Part shown: positions 13,456-28,017 of the stretch, piece by piece
How the letters are laid out: each line of letters opens with the position of its first letter
Position numbering within the stretch: position 1 is the first letter of the stretch
NCBI GenBank assembly: GCA_010015585.1
Contig: ML975150.1
From: Eremomyces bilateralis CBS 781.70
Taxonomy: Eukaryota
Length of the DNA: 64,000 nt
Strand: one strand, 5' to 3'
Position numbers and translations under genes: made by a program
The notes under the pieces: model-generated
The model's input: only the letters and a program-made list of their open reading frames with translations
Told to the model about the DNA's origin: nothing
Databases searched by the model: none

Positions 13456-16400
13456 CTATGACGCGGATTTGACCGCCTGTTTGCCCACCTCAGCAGCCTT
13501 GGGGACGACGCTGCCATATCCTCTTCCGCCGGTTTGGCTCTGTTCCCATTCCATGGCCTGCTTCCGTAGTAATTCCCGATCAAACTCATCCCCTAGAAAC
13601 GTCCATGTCTCTTCAAAGTCATCGGGTAACAGCTCCCCATCGGGGCCCGCTTTGTGCTTGCGCTTGATCAGGGATTTCGCGTACTCCAGGTCACGGTAGA
13701 TAGTTTGGATCGCATGCCCAACGCCATCCTCCTGTCTTGTGTTAGCATCAACGATCATCGACTAAAATGGCAAGATTCGAATGCAAGAAGGATGTAAAGA
13801 TGTGGATGTACGTACCTGTCGAATCTGCTCCCCTAGAACCCGAGCCTTAACGATCATCCGCTCACTATGCGTGGCCTCCCACAAAGCCCGTGCGAACACG
13901 CTCGTATTGATCTTTTTGAGGCAGATCCCCACGCCCAAGTCTTCGATCCGGGACCCGAAAAAGAACTGATCGCCGAAGAACGGCTTCACGATCGTGGGAA
14001 TTCCGGCGCGGAGACTGGCGCCCGTGGTCCCCGACCCGCCGTGGTGCGCTGCGGCGTCGACCTGCCGAAATAGCCAGTCGTGCGGCGCGGATTTGATCTG
14101 CAGGATCTCGGGTGGCAATGGCACCTCGGGCTTGCTGGCGTCCTTTTTGCCGAGTCGATCGGACCAGCCTTTGGAGAGGATGCAGCGAACGTCCGCTTTG
14201 ATGACGGAGTCGACGACCGTCTTGGTCAGGGCGGCAGGGTCCTCGACAACAATGGAACCGAAGCCGACGTAGACTAGTTTCTTGTTGTCTGCCCGCGCCT
14301 TCGCGATGAAATCCACCAGCTCCTGATCCACCTGCCATTCTCCACCCTCATCCAGGAACCAGTAGCCAGTGACGCGAATCCAATCACTGTAATCGAGCGG
14401 CGGCACCACTACGGAAGGGCTGAAATTGTACAGAAACGGCACCTTGTTCGGCTGCATCTTGTCCAAGCTGGTGGCGCCAAGGCCGAGCTCCTTCCGTCGC
14501 CACCGATTGACTTGATTGGCGATGGCCTTCCAGAAGACCGTGTCGAACATGACGTAGCTCACGTAGTTGTACGCTCCGCCCATCTTATGCTCGGGGACGG
14601 TGAATGCATGCGGGTAGGCCCGCGTGCGCGTCCAGGGCATGGTGAAAGCGCGGAAATATGGGATTTCGAGCGCCTCGGCGATATGGATGCCAGCCATGGC
14701 CGAGGGGCTTTCGATCAGCAAGTCGCTGTCCTGACAAGCCGTCCAGGCTGAGGACATCAGATCATCAAGCCAGCCGCGGAACTTCGAGGTGGCTTCCTTG
14801 AGGAAGGAGTACGTAAACATGCCGTTTTCCACGCAGATTCTCATGAGCTCCGCTGGGTCGCCTTCCACCGGCGCAAAGTCAATCCCATGTTTCCGTACCC
14901 AGGGTTCGAATTCTGCGTGCGTTGCAATCCGCGGTTTATGCCCGTCGGCCAGGAAGCCTTTGCATAGAGCGATATAGGGCTGGACATCTCCCCGAGAACC
15001 GATCGTCAAGCACGTAATGCGCATTGGTTCAGTCGGTTTGAAGTTGAGGATGGAAGCGCGAGCGTCGTCGAACAGGATCATGGGGGCTTCAGGTTCCGCC
15101 GGGGTGTCTCTTGGCAGCTTGATATCATGCTCCGCGTGCCCATCAGCGCGAGCTTCCTGCAGCAGACGATTCTCCAACTTTGCATATTCCACTTCCTGGT
15201 TTTCTTCCGAGGTGAGATCGCTAGGCTCTTCCATATACCGAAGCTTTTCAAGCCGTTGAATCAAGGTCACGACGCAGTCGTCCCGCGTTCCAACCGACCG
15301 GAAATCGAAGAACAGCTCCTCATGGCCCCGGATAACGACAACCATGGCAGAATATCCAAGGCGGTAGCCTTTCTCCTTCGCAACATTCTCGATGTCTTTG
15401 AACGGTAAGACTAGCTTGGTGCGCGTTCCGGGAAGCAAGCTACGGTAGCAAAAATGCTTATTGCTAACGTATATCTTCCCGTACAAAGGGAGAACCCGGT
15501 GAAAGTTGCCAAAGTACGTGGCAATAAGGGGTTCTGAGGCAGGTAAGGCAAAGTGCGCACGGAACCGGTCGCCATGGTTGGTTGCATCCTCCTCGTCCTG
15601 TTCATCCCCTTCTTCATCCAATGGAGTGCCATGGGCGCTATAGTGTCGGTGGCCACCAGCCCACATGCCCGACACTTTCTCGTAGTAACCCATACTCTCG
15701 GTAGCAAGCATGGTGCTCACGCGTTGAGATCGGGAGCGGAGGAAAAACGCAAGCTCGGTTGCACGCTGGAATGGGTATGAGCCAGCCTTTCGGATGTCCT
15801 GCAACGCGGTTGACGCCGTTGCCTTCTGGTACCTATCGCTGGCAGCAATGCTATCGTCTTCGGCATCGTTGGTCGTTCCTCCCGAAGAGTCACCACGATC
15901 AAGGTACCCTGGTCTCTGCGATCGTTGGCCAGTATGCTGCGGCTTAGAACTTGGAACCTTCGTTGTGTCTTCCGATATCTTCCGTCCTCGTTCGATAGAA
16001 ACCTCCGAAGTGCTGACTCGAGGTGCATCGAGCTGGGTAGGCAGTTGAAAGACATCGCTACGATTCAGAATCTGGCTGGCGGAGAGGTTCGTATCCAATG
16101 ATTGGATCGCCGCTGACGACTCGGTCCCGGGGCTAAACGAATTATTGGACCCCGTCGAAGGCTGAGGATGAGGGGATTCATCCGGTTCATCTTTCTTTGC
16201 CACACGAGAAAGCGGTCGTGGACTCACGCTGAAACTCGTCCGGGTTTTGTCGAAGCTGGCTCGAGGACGACTAGAACTTCGTCGAAAATGCTCCGAACTC
16301 ATCCGTCCCATATCCCCGCTCACTCTGGGACTCTGGGGCATACCAGGCCGGATAGTTGCTTTCACACTCTCAAAGTGAGGGGCCGGGGACCCAGGGACGT

Positions 16401-17912
16401 GAAGGGATGCTCTGTTCGGCGTCATAGTCTGGACCGCCCCTTGCGAGGACGTATCCACAGCCCCCGGCTCTTCCTCAGTTGCACTTAGCCCGTTGGCATC
16501 AATCATGATGCGCAAGATCTGAAGCGCTTCTTTGCCGAAGCTGAAGAAGGAAAAGAAATACTGCTTGTCTGTCAGCGACGAAATTCAAAGAGGGACAGAT
16601 AATGACCGACATCGTCTATGACATAAGTATCATCGTTGTCTATCACGCGAATCTTGACCGTATCCGCAAATTCTAAGACGGGGTTTTCCTCCAAGTCCAT
16701 AACATTCTGAATCGGAATGGAAATCTTAACACTGTCTCCATCATTATGCGACCGAAATATGACTTTCTGGAGATTCTTGACCCATTCCCTCGCGCTGGTC
16801 GAGCTATCGGCCTTGAAGGAATAGCTTCGCTTATCGGTCGTCACGGTGAACCCTGTGCTGTCCCTGCCCTTATCTTTGTCCAGGCACGCCGATATGCCAT
16901 ATCTCAAGTCAATGTTGCCTGCCGGGAAATAAGGCTGTGACTGATCGGTGTAGTAGCTGAGCACGTCGCCCCTCAGTTGGAACCAATAGCGATTATATCT
17001 TGGGTTTTGCCGGCCGCGTTTCGACAGGTATCCGGATTTCGCAATGACGCTGTCGCGTTTCGGTAGATATGCGTAGAAGCAGATGTGATGCTGGGTGATG
17101 TACATATAACCCTGGAGCAGCACGCTTTGAAGCAGCCAGCAGGGGTATTCTAAGATAGTTAGACGGTCCGCCTTGAGATATCCGCATGGGTACGTACCGG
17201 AGATGACTTCCTCCGGAGACTCAAAGCCGAAAATCTCCATCAAGCGGTCTGGTAGGCTCACGGAGTGTTTTCCCCGATGCGTGCCAATGACGACATCCTC
17301 TTTTGAGCCTTTATCGCCACGATGCTCGGACACGTCAAGTTCCGCGCGTGCTCTGAGCATGCGGCTCATCACTGGCACACCCCCATGATTGGGTTGGTCT
17401 GTTTCATCATCGCTTTCGGCATCGTCCTTGCCATCGTTTGTATCATGTTTTTTCGGTGGGAGTATCTGGGAGGAGGACATTCGTTCTTCATCGGTTTCCT
17501 TCAGCTTATGTTTGCGAGACTTCATCCTCAGCTTCGGCATCGATCTGAAGAGCTTGGCCTTCCGGGACTTCTCCTTTATCTTAGCTTCTTTGGAAGCGGT
17601 GCCCAAATCATCCTTTTGGGCTTTGTCGGAGGTCTCGTCGTCGCTTTCATGGGATTCACTGCTGCTGTCACTTGACTCTTCGTCGAATCTTGCAGTGAAG
17701 TCAACGTTCGACCCGGCAGCAGCGACCATGGAGAAGATGGATTGATTCATATACATCCCCGGCACCGCACCTTTGGGTGCTGTGACATCTTCATGCGCAT
17801 CGTCGCCCTCGCGTAGTCGTTCAGGAACCTCGAATGATCGACTGGGCCGTCCTCCCCTCGTCTTGGCCAGTTTCCGCCCCAAGTCCTCCCTTAACCTAGC
17901 ATCTGGTGCCAT
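13456..17912 (-). CDS. ATG26: Sterol 3-beta-glucosyltransferase (GRAM-PH-GRAM-GT), 4 exons
   Basis: [16 protein letters not shown], a PH domain ([15 protein letters not shown]), [11 protein letters not shown] and [24 protein letters not shown]. Confidence 0.97.
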
Positions 17913-18799
17913 GATGAGTGTTCGGTCGCCGAAGATTATGTGTAAAGGCGTTCTGCCCTTTCCTATCCCGCGTGTGTATCGTTGCCTAAGGGTGGCGGTA
18001 TTGGCAGTGCTACTACGGGGTGGGATTCGACGTGATATACAATCGTATGAATCTCCGAGGACGGCTGCCGTCGTGAGCGGGGAGGAGTCACATCATCGAT
18101 GACCAGATCTAGGTATAAGGAATGTCCGCTGATCTTCTGCCGAGATTCCCAACGGATTCCAGGTGGTGTTGCCTCTGGATGTGCGAAGTGAGTAGATGTG
18201 TAGTCTGGTGCTGCGACTTTGGGAGGACCAGCCCCACGAACCACCGAACATCCTTGTCAGCCACTCCACCGAACCAGGCAGTCGTCAAATCATGGACAGT
18301 CATAATCACATGATTGGATCCAAGCAGGGAAATGTTCCCAGTACGGAGTATATGAAGTTAACTATTATTAACTTGAACAGTATCTAGTCACAGCTCTCGG
18401 TTATTGTTGGAGGGCCGGATAGTACCAGATGTAGATTCGATGGAGAAATGACTGTGCTGTTCCCCCAATGGCAAGACGAGATGAGCGGGCATCCCAAAAC
18501 GAGTCAACATCCCGAGCGGAGCGTACTAGAAGTTCACTGCATAAGGTAGGTTGAAGCTTGACAGTAGCCATGTATAGCAAGTAGAGAGAAACAGATAGTA
18601 GAAATGATGTCCGACTACAGACTATGCATACTACAAGAGCATTTCAAAGTAGCAAACGAAAATAAATCATTGTACATAACGCCCTTCATGACCCCAGTGC
18701 CCATGGATACTATCGCACTATACTCTGCTCCCTCTTCCTCCCAATCCGCTGGTACGCGCTATCTATGCTGACACTCAACGACAAACCGTATCTCCTAGC

Positions 18800-20174
<1,375 letters not shown>

Positions 20175-20860
20175 AGTGGGCAACGAGTGGCAGTCAAATC
20201 TTATCAAGCAGAGAAAGAGTGTCGAGGGTCTTGCAGCAGTAAGTGGTATTGGGATGGAGAGACGAAGATGGATGATTATGAAGCGCCGCAGTCTGTCGGA
20301 AGGGGAGGGAGCCGGAGCTTGGTGGGTGAGTGGTGACTGGGTGCTTGGGTGGTGGCTGGACCTGGAGCTCCTGTTTCGGTTTGGGGGTTGCTGCCGCCAA
20401 CTCCGCAACTCCGCCAAGCCAAGGCAGCACTCCTGCCACATCATGTGCTGCAAGCTTGTGCTGACGTATGACCGTCTGGGGTCTGGGCGACTGGGCCTCT
20501 ACGGTTCGGGGCTATGGCGCGCTAGTCCCAACGTGTCTCCTGGTAGCTTCCACAGCAACCAACTCCGCAAGTTCAGGCTGACTCTGAGTTTCTGTCCTCT
20601 CTTAACTTTCTGGTTGTCGTCCACTCTGCAACACATACGATACGTGGTAATTAGTACTATCTTGCGGTTCTCAGTGATTGTATGTTAGTAACTTAGTATA
20701 GGAATTAGTATAAGAATATGGGAAAGGGCTTATATTTCGCTGATTGCACAATATCTGCTGCTATAGCACGATGACACCATACATAGTGTTTCATGAGCTT
20801 CATCAATACATTATCTCCGACCTCACAATAACTGCATATTCTCATACACAGGGATGTACC

Positions 20861-21797
20861 TCAAGGTGCGTCTACATAATCCGGTGGCTCCTGTGAGCGA
20901 TTCTCCACTTCCCTCTTCCTATCCTCAAGCGAGGCTGCCCATAATGCAGAGCCAGCAGCAGTGGTAAGGAGAAACAGCATGCTCAGGGCGGGTACCAGTT
21001 GTAATGTTAGGTAGACCGTTCCAAACCTTCTCGACCATTAGCAGAGTCCAAATTCATGGCTGGGGTCATCCATACCACGTATATTGCCACCGATGCCTCT
21101 TGATGAACGCATTGCGCGCCTTCCTGTCGAACCCGCTGAGCCTAAAGTAACGCCAGTGTTGCAGTGGACCGGCTCGCCATCCCGTCCCCAATAGGAAGAG
21201 TGGGATTCCCACGATAGGGATGAGGTTCAGTGGTAAGAGGAACATGAACTCGATGATCTGCCGGAAGGAGAACGGTGCATAGTTGGAGGATCGAAAAGGC
21301 TTTCCAAGTCGCTTTCGGGGATCGGATTCATCCACCAAGATAGGCCGCGTTGTGGATACTAGGTCTTCGAGGCCCTTGTAGACGAGGATAGAGTCAAAGA
21401 TGTCAACTTGCGTCTCGTCGACGAGGAAGGCTTCGAAGAGGAGCGCAGTGATCACAGCCCCCTCTCCAAGGACGAGGATCGTGCCATTTGCCCATGCCGC
21501 CGGCCCGTGCCAAATAGCGAGAAACGCGACTTGAGGAAGATAGGTCCAGAAGAATAAATTGAATAGCACGAAGAGAGTAAGTAATAGGCACGGTATAAGT
21601 CTGGCTTTGAGCAGCGGCCAGAGAAATGAATGGGTGCAGAAGAAGATGATTCCCTAGAATGATGTTTAGAGACTGCTGTAACACCTGCTTGCGATCGGAT
21701 TGGAACTGACGTAGAAAGGGAAGAAAATTGCAGGTATTCCTATGTAGAATCGTCCTTGACTCCTATGTATTTCGGTATCTTCCTCCGGTCGCGGCAT
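20861..21797 (-). CDS. EI24/RRT8-like multi-pass membrane protein, 3 exons
   Basis: Spliced MPRPEE..FFPFYGIIFFCTHSFLWPLLKARLIP..TYLPQVAFL..LPLNLIPIVG..HWRYFRL..FGTVYLTLQLVP..AAGSALWAA. Confidence 0.85.
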
Positions 21798-22987
21798 TTC
21801 TGGTTGTCGATTACTCAATATCGGCTCGGTGTTAGATGCAACTTGGTCGAGAGAGGAACTAGGAACTGGGAATGTAGGGCATGTCCTAGGCTATCGTCCC
21901 ACGGACTTTTAATCAAAGGTGACGATTGTGTTCCCTGAGTTGAGCATGGCTAGGAGATGCAGTTGGGAATGAATTAGACTTTATTTGGAAAGGGTGTTCT
22001 TCGAGATGGGATTGATACAGGATTCGGTGGTGGACTCGGCGAGGGTCTGAGCAAGTGAGCATGTGTACAGGTCATCTGTAAGATCCAGCGTCTAATACCA
22101 GATGCACTCATCATCAACAATTGCATACTACAATAAACACCAGTGGTAAGCATGCCACCAATTAAAACTGTCAGTCTAGCACAGGTCAAACTGATTTGTA
22201 AGTACTTAACCTTTAAGAGTGAACTTATCTCCAAGTCGTTTGGTTGTTTCGCATTCGGTATCCTTCTTCATTCTCACATCTTCAACAACTATTCTTAAAG
22301 TAGAGGAAGGCCACCGACGATCATAGGAGGGGCCTCGTGACTTCATGTGGATCCTGATTACTGGCACATATGATGATTGTACTACCCGCATATAGTTTCA
22401 AATCTGCAGGTGTTCGTTCGCATGGGAATTCATCATTTCCAGTCCACCATCCAACCTCAAGGCTCAAGCACCAATCAGACATTGTTCATTTCACTTGCAG
22501 CGCGAACCAACTTTCTGTCCTCAATAGGTAACCCTGCCTTCGGACGGCCATCGGATAAGGAAAGGTTGAATACCTAACGCCGCAACGATTTTTTCTCCAG
22601 GCTACTATTCTAGTCGCGGAGGACCAACCAAAGTCTGCGTGGAGCATAAAAGCAAGGAAGCAGATGTATATTCCGGGGTAACAGGATCGAGGATGTTTCG
22701 ATATCATACATAGTAGCCTTGAGTGGATAGGCTGAAGATGGTTTGAGGCAAGCTTCCTGGTGAGAAAGCTTCGAGAAGCTTATCCATTGACTAAGGAATG
22801 TATACGGTAAAGCGCTGAGGCTAGCAGAGCAATGGAGGCTCGTCACTGGTCTCACTGACATGCGGATAAGATCCCGGCAAGAACTGCATCCTTTCTCTAA
22901 ATGCCATCGTCACTGGTAAGTTGACAGCTCAGTCACATCGCTCATTTTAGCCCCAAAGTCATGACTTTCGCGGTTGATCAGCTCACC

Positions 22988-24235
22988 ATGACTTCTTCTT
23001 CCCCCTTGAAAATAGTCATTGTTGGCGGCGGCCCCGCTGGTCTCACACTTGGCCTTCTCCTGCACAAACAGAATGTCCCCTTCACGATTTTCGAGCTTCG
23101 TCCGAAGCCCACCGATGAGGACCTCGCAAAGCCCGTCGGCATGCTGGATCTCCATGAAGAATCCGGCCTTGCGGCGATCCGAGAATGTGGTGTCTATGAC
23201 GCATTCCTTCCTCTCACTGGCGAGTGTGCAGAGTCAAATATAGTGGCGGACCAGGACGGCAATCTTCTCTGGGCCGACCAAGGCGAGCTGTCGTTGCGCC
23301 CGGAAATTTCGCGCAATGCTCTACACCGCCTCCTGGTGTCCAATCTTCCTCCGGAGTCGATCCAATGGAGCCATAAACTAGTCTCTGCTACTAGTATTAC
23401 TGTATCCGGCCACACCGAAACCGAACTAGACTTTGGTGCCCACGGAAAGCACACGTTCGACCTCGTCATAGGAGCCGACGGTGCATGGTCCAAGGTCCGC
23501 AACGTGCTTACCGATGTGAAGCCGCGATATTCGGGGATCCAGAACATCAATGTCACGATCCGGCACATCACCTCGAAATATCCCAAGCTTGCCGAGCTGG
23601 TCGGGGCTGGAACGTTCATGGCACTGGGCACAAAGCATGGAGTCATGTCCCAACGCACGTCGCAAGACTCAGCCCGGATCTACTTCGTGCTGAGCACGGC
23701 GGACGAGCACTTTGCAACCGTATTTGGACTGGAGGGCAAGTCCGCGGAGCAAGCCAAGGACATCCTCCTCAACCATGACGCCCTGCTCAAACCTTGGGGT
23801 TCTATCATCAAAGAACTAGTAGCCGTGGCCTGCGACGAAGAGTCGGCGGATAATCCGGGCACCGCGGCCGATATCAAGCCGCTTTACATGCTGCCCGTCG
23901 GGCATACCTGGGAGAACCGACCTGGAGTAACCCTCATCGGTGACGCATCGCATCTTATGTGTCCGTGGGCCGGGGAAGGAGTCAACCTGGCTATGTGGGA
24001 CTCGTTGCTTCTATCTCGAGCCATCATCCAGGCATACGAGGGTGCCGAAGGAGAGTCGAGGTCCTTCCAGAGCGCATTGGATCCCCTGGTGAAGGCATTC
24101 GAAGTGGACATGTGGGCGCGTGCTAAGGAGAAGGCGGACGAGACCGTGGCTAACTGTGAGTTGATGTTTGGAGGTGATGATAGTGCAAAGGCGATGGCAG
24201 ATATGTTTAAGAGCTTCATGTCTCCACAGGGGTAG
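22988..24235 (+). CDS. FAD-dependent monooxygenase, TetX-like subfamily, single exon
   Basis: IVGGGPAG, GMLDLHEESGLAAI, RPEISRNAL, VIGADGAWSKVR and TLIGDASHLMCPWAGEGVNLAMWD. An alternative ATG is at 22961. Confidence 0.9.
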   Translation: MTSSSPLKIVIVGGGPAGLTLGLLLHKQNVPFTIFELRPKPTDEDLAKPVGMLDLHEESGLAAIRECGVYDAFLPLTGECAESNIVADQDGNLLWADQGELSLRPEISRNALHRLLVSNLPPESIQWSHKLVSATSITVSGHTETELDFGAHGKHTFDLVIGADGAWSKVRNVLTDVKPRYSGIQNINVTIRHITSKYPKLAELVGAGTFMALGTKHGVMSQRTSQDSARIYFVLSTADEHFATVFGLEGKSAEQAKDILLNHDALLKPWGSIIKELVAVACDEESADNPGTAADIKPLYMLPVGHTWENRPGVTLIGDASHLMCPWAGEGVNLAMWDSLLLSRAIIQAYEGAEGESRSFQSALDPLVKAFEVDMWARAKEKADETVANCELMFGGDDSAKAMADMFKSFMSPQG

Positions 24236-24445
24236 ATACAGATGAATTGTATCTAGACGACTGCTCATGATGTGTTGTGCTAGTTCTCCACAACTGCGAT
24301 AGTAACATACCTTCAAAAGCTCCGGGCTTTGAGGATCCATTTAAATTATTGGAGCATATACAAAAGCAGAGCAACATCAATCGGCTGAAGCAAGGCGAAA
24401 TGGGTCCATGGTTGAAGTATATCTGGAAAATTTCCATATTCTAGT

Positions 24446-24468
24446 ACATACGGCCACATCAACCTGAA
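24446..24468 (+). pseudogene. 5S rRNA 5' fragment (nt 1-23 only)
   Basis: ACATACGGCCACATCAACCTGAA is identical to nt 1-23 of the 5S gene at 42424. The upstream flank is also similar. Identity stops abruptly at 24469. Confidence 0.85.
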
Positions 24469-24923
24469 CAAATCGAGGACGATGGAGTAAGTCCACCCAT
24501 TTCATGAGGTTAAAACACTATAAAAACTGCTTTTGCCCCTACAAAATTGGCTGCTTCTGCTCTCAAGTGATAGGCACGAGAACGACTGTGTATGGATTGC
24601 AGGGGGTGAACAGGTAGACGGTACTCCGTACCTATATCCAATACATCGCTCTTCTCTCTCATACGTGATCTTTGCTCTATTGGAGTATTCTCTACACTTA
24701 CAGTCCCTAAAATTTGGGAAGAAGAGTGTCACTCGATTTCCTGGATGCGCATCTCCTTCTCCTGGATGTGTGCCTTCTGGGACCTGTAGAGCATTCACCA
24801 CTGCTCGGAGATGCTGATTAGCAGTTTAGGAGCTTCTCCCTTTGGATTCGCGAGGTGCGTAGTGCTCGCTATGGTATACGGAACCTTCGGTTGAGTAAAC
24901 CACATCCCTGCGAAACGACATGC

Positions 24924-27075
24924 GAGAGAGAGAGAGAGAGATTCATACGCCTGTCAGGCCTCTCTGCGAGGCCCATGTGGGGAACTAGCTAGGATGACTA
25001 ATTACATGATGGTTGCCTTGTGTCCTTATGGCCTTGTCAATATATTTCTTTCCTGCCGCTTTCCATTTTCCGCGTCTGTTAAACAAAGGAGAGTATTACA
25101 AGGGTAGTGTATGAAAACGGTCCATTTCCTGGACGTCTCTGTCTTTCTAGGTTGTGTTCTAGAGTGACGCTGCTCTTACTCGGGCACAGCGTCGGGTCAG
25201 AGGGTGGAGACCGTGTAGTTAGTAGAATAGAAAGTTAGTTGGAGAGGAAAGGGGTAGCTAAACCNNNNNNNNNNNNNNNNNNNNNNNNNNNNNNNNNNNN
25301 NNNNNNNNNNNNNNNNNNNNNNNNNNNNNNNNNNNNNNNNNNNNNNNNNNNNNNNNNNNNNNNNNNNNNNNNNNNNNNNNNNNNNNNNNNNNNNNNNNNN
25401 NNNNNNNNNNNNNNNNNNNGCTCGGGGTCCAGCTATTGTCCTTATCTGCCGCCTCTGAGATTCCCATATCGGGCATTCAAGGATGAAGTGACGGACGGTC
25501 TCAGTTACCCCGCACTCGCAGGCGCTGCTTTCGGCCTTCGTGATCCTGTGGAGGTAGCCGTTAAGGCGGCTATAACCTGATCGGACTTGGACGAGGAGCG
25601 CTGCTTGGACTCTCGTTAGGTTGTCGTAAAGTTTCCTTGTATGTCTGCCTGGGAGTGCGTTGTCGAGTGCCTTTACGAAGCGCCCTGTCTTCCTGGCCAG
25701 GAAAGCCGTGCGTTTCGCTCCCTGCTGTCTTCGCCCTTGCCGGATTACATGTCGAAGTACTTCAGTGTACCCTCCGGCTGCGATCCCGCAGAGGTAGCGG
25801 ATTGGGCAAGGGAGTGTGCCTCTTCATTGCCGGGGACGCCCTTATGTGCCGGAACCCAATGGAAGGTGAACGTGAATCCCTTTTCCTTTGTCTCTGCAAG
25901 TTTCCGGAAGATCTCTTGGAGGGTTCCACTCCTTTTCCACTGTGGCGTCTTGATCATGTCGAGGGCTCTTTTACAGTCCGATAAGATATAACAGTGGTCG
26001 AGGCCGAGGCCTAGCGCGGGGATATTAACGGCTGCTTCCGAGATGGCTTCCGAGATGGCGGTCAGTTCTGCATAAAGGGCATCGACGCCTGGTGTTAGTC
26101 CTATTGTGCGAGCTTTACGGAGACGTGGGATATTCGGGGCATAGATCCCAATACCCGCCAGGCCGTTCCGACATGATCCATCGGTGAAAATGGTTCTAAG
26201 GCCGAGCTGGGTGGCCTTCCCGATTGCAATCGTCTCCTCGTTGATTACAACGCAAGGTGGGTCTTGCCATGGCGGCTTAACAAACGCCTCTACCTTCTCG
26301 AGCGTATCTAGCTTGACGTGTTGGAAGAGGTGACCTATGCCTTTCAGTTTTGTGTAGGCGTCGGATAAGTCGCCAGCTATAGTGGTTCGGTGGTTTCGTA
26401 TGCATCTTAATCCAGTGTTTCCTCGTTAGTTCGTAGAGCCTATCCTGGACTGATTCAATCCCGGCCTCACCAGTTACCACGTCGTACGCCGCGGACCTGA
26501 AGATGGCCGTGATTGCGCTCGCCCCCAGTTTGGTGGCCCTCTCGATATGACGGGCTACTGTCCCTGCGGAGCCTGGGAACCAGATCGGAGCACCATAGTC
26601 GGTGGTTGGCGCGACCGTCGCTGTAAATATCTGCCTGACTGCCTTCGGGGTGAGCCCCTTCAACCTCTGGAGTGCCATAGCCGCTTTTTCGCCTCGTTTG
26701 GCCGCCCTCCTCGCGTGGGATTGAAACCCAAGTTTCTGGTCCATTACTACCCCCAGGAGTTTGACGTCCGAGGCCGGCGGTACGTCGCGACCCATAAATA
26801 CCAGTGGCTGGAGCTCGTCCTCGTCCTGTCTTAAACGCTTCGTGAAGTGGATAAATTGGGTCTTATCCGGTTCGAACAGTGCCCCGCTATCCTGGCTCCA
26901 TTTTTCAACCTTCGGTAGGACCTGACTCTGGATTCGCCGGATATTACTTCCCATGTTTGGGCCGGTAACCCACGCCGTGAAGTCGTCCACGAAGGCCATG
27001 GTTCCCGACTGGTCCGCCATCTTCCCTGCGACGAGGTTTGCGTTGTAGAAGAGGAAGAGGATGGGTGAGCAGGAC
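24924..27075 (-). mobile_element. Tad-like non-LTR retrotransposon (LINE), 5'-truncated and frameshifted
   Basis: RT motifs SPILFLFYNA..AFVDDFTAW..KLLGVVMDQKL; RNase H motifs IFTDGS..GLAGIG and WVPAHKGVPGNEEAH; Cys-His motif CECGVTETVRHFILECP; (CT)9 tail at 24924-24941 on the minus strand. Spans an N-gap. Confidence 0.9.
25265..25419. other. Assembly gap
   Basis: Run of N. Confidence 1.
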
Positions 27076-27152
27076 ATTATATTGTGTTTGTATACAATCG
27101 CAGGTTTCACCAGTCTGCCTATCCAGACTCCTGCCACAGTTTTCTGAGCTGT

Positions 27153-28017
27153 NNNNNNNNNNNNNNNNNNNNNNNNNNNNNNNNNNNNNNNNNNNNNNNN
27201 NNNNNNNNNNNNNNNNNNNNNNNNNNNNNNNNNNNNNNNNNNNNNNNNNNNNNNNNNNNNNNNNNNNNNNNNNNNNNNNNNNNNNNNNNNNNNNNNNNNN
27301 NNNNNNNNNNNNNNNNNNNNNNNNNNNNNNNNNNNNNNNNNNNNNNNNNNNNNNNNNNNNNNNNNNNNNNNNNNNNNNNNNNNNNNNNNNNNNNNNNNNN
27401 NNNNNNNNNNNNNNNNNNNNNNNNNNNNNNNNNNNNNNNNNNNNNNNNNNNNNNNNNNNNNNNNNNNNNNNNNNNNNNNNNNNNNNNNNNNNNNNNNNNN
27501 NNNNNNNNNNNNNNNNNNNNNNNNNNNNNNNNNNNNNNNNNNNNNNNNNNNNNNNNNNNNNNNNNNNNNNNNNNNNNNNNNNNNNNNNNNNNNNNNNNNN
27601 NNNNNNNNNNNNNNNNNNNNNNNNNNNNNNNNNNNNNNNNNNNNNNNNNNNNNNNNNNNNNNNNNNNNNNNNNNNNNNNNNNNNNNNNNNNNNNNNNNNN
27701 NNNNNNNNNNNNNNNNNNNNNNNNNNNNNNNNNNNNNNNNNNNNNNNNNNNNNNNNNNNNNNNNNNNNNNNNNNNNNNNNNNNNNNNNNNNNNNNNNNNN
27801 NNNNNNNNNNNNNNNNNNNNNNNNNNNNNNNNNNNNNNNNNNNNNNNNNNNNNNNNNNNNNNNNNNNNNNNNNNNNNNNNNNNNNNNNNNNNNNNNNNNN
27901 NNNNNNNNNNNNNNNNNNNNNNNNNNNNNNNNNNNNNNNNNNNNNNNNNNNNNNNNNNNNNNNNNNNNNNNNNNNNNNNNNNNNNNNNNNNNNNNNNNNN
28001 NNNNNNNNNNNNNNNNN
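27153..28017. other. Assembly gap
   Basis: Run of N. Confidence 1.
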
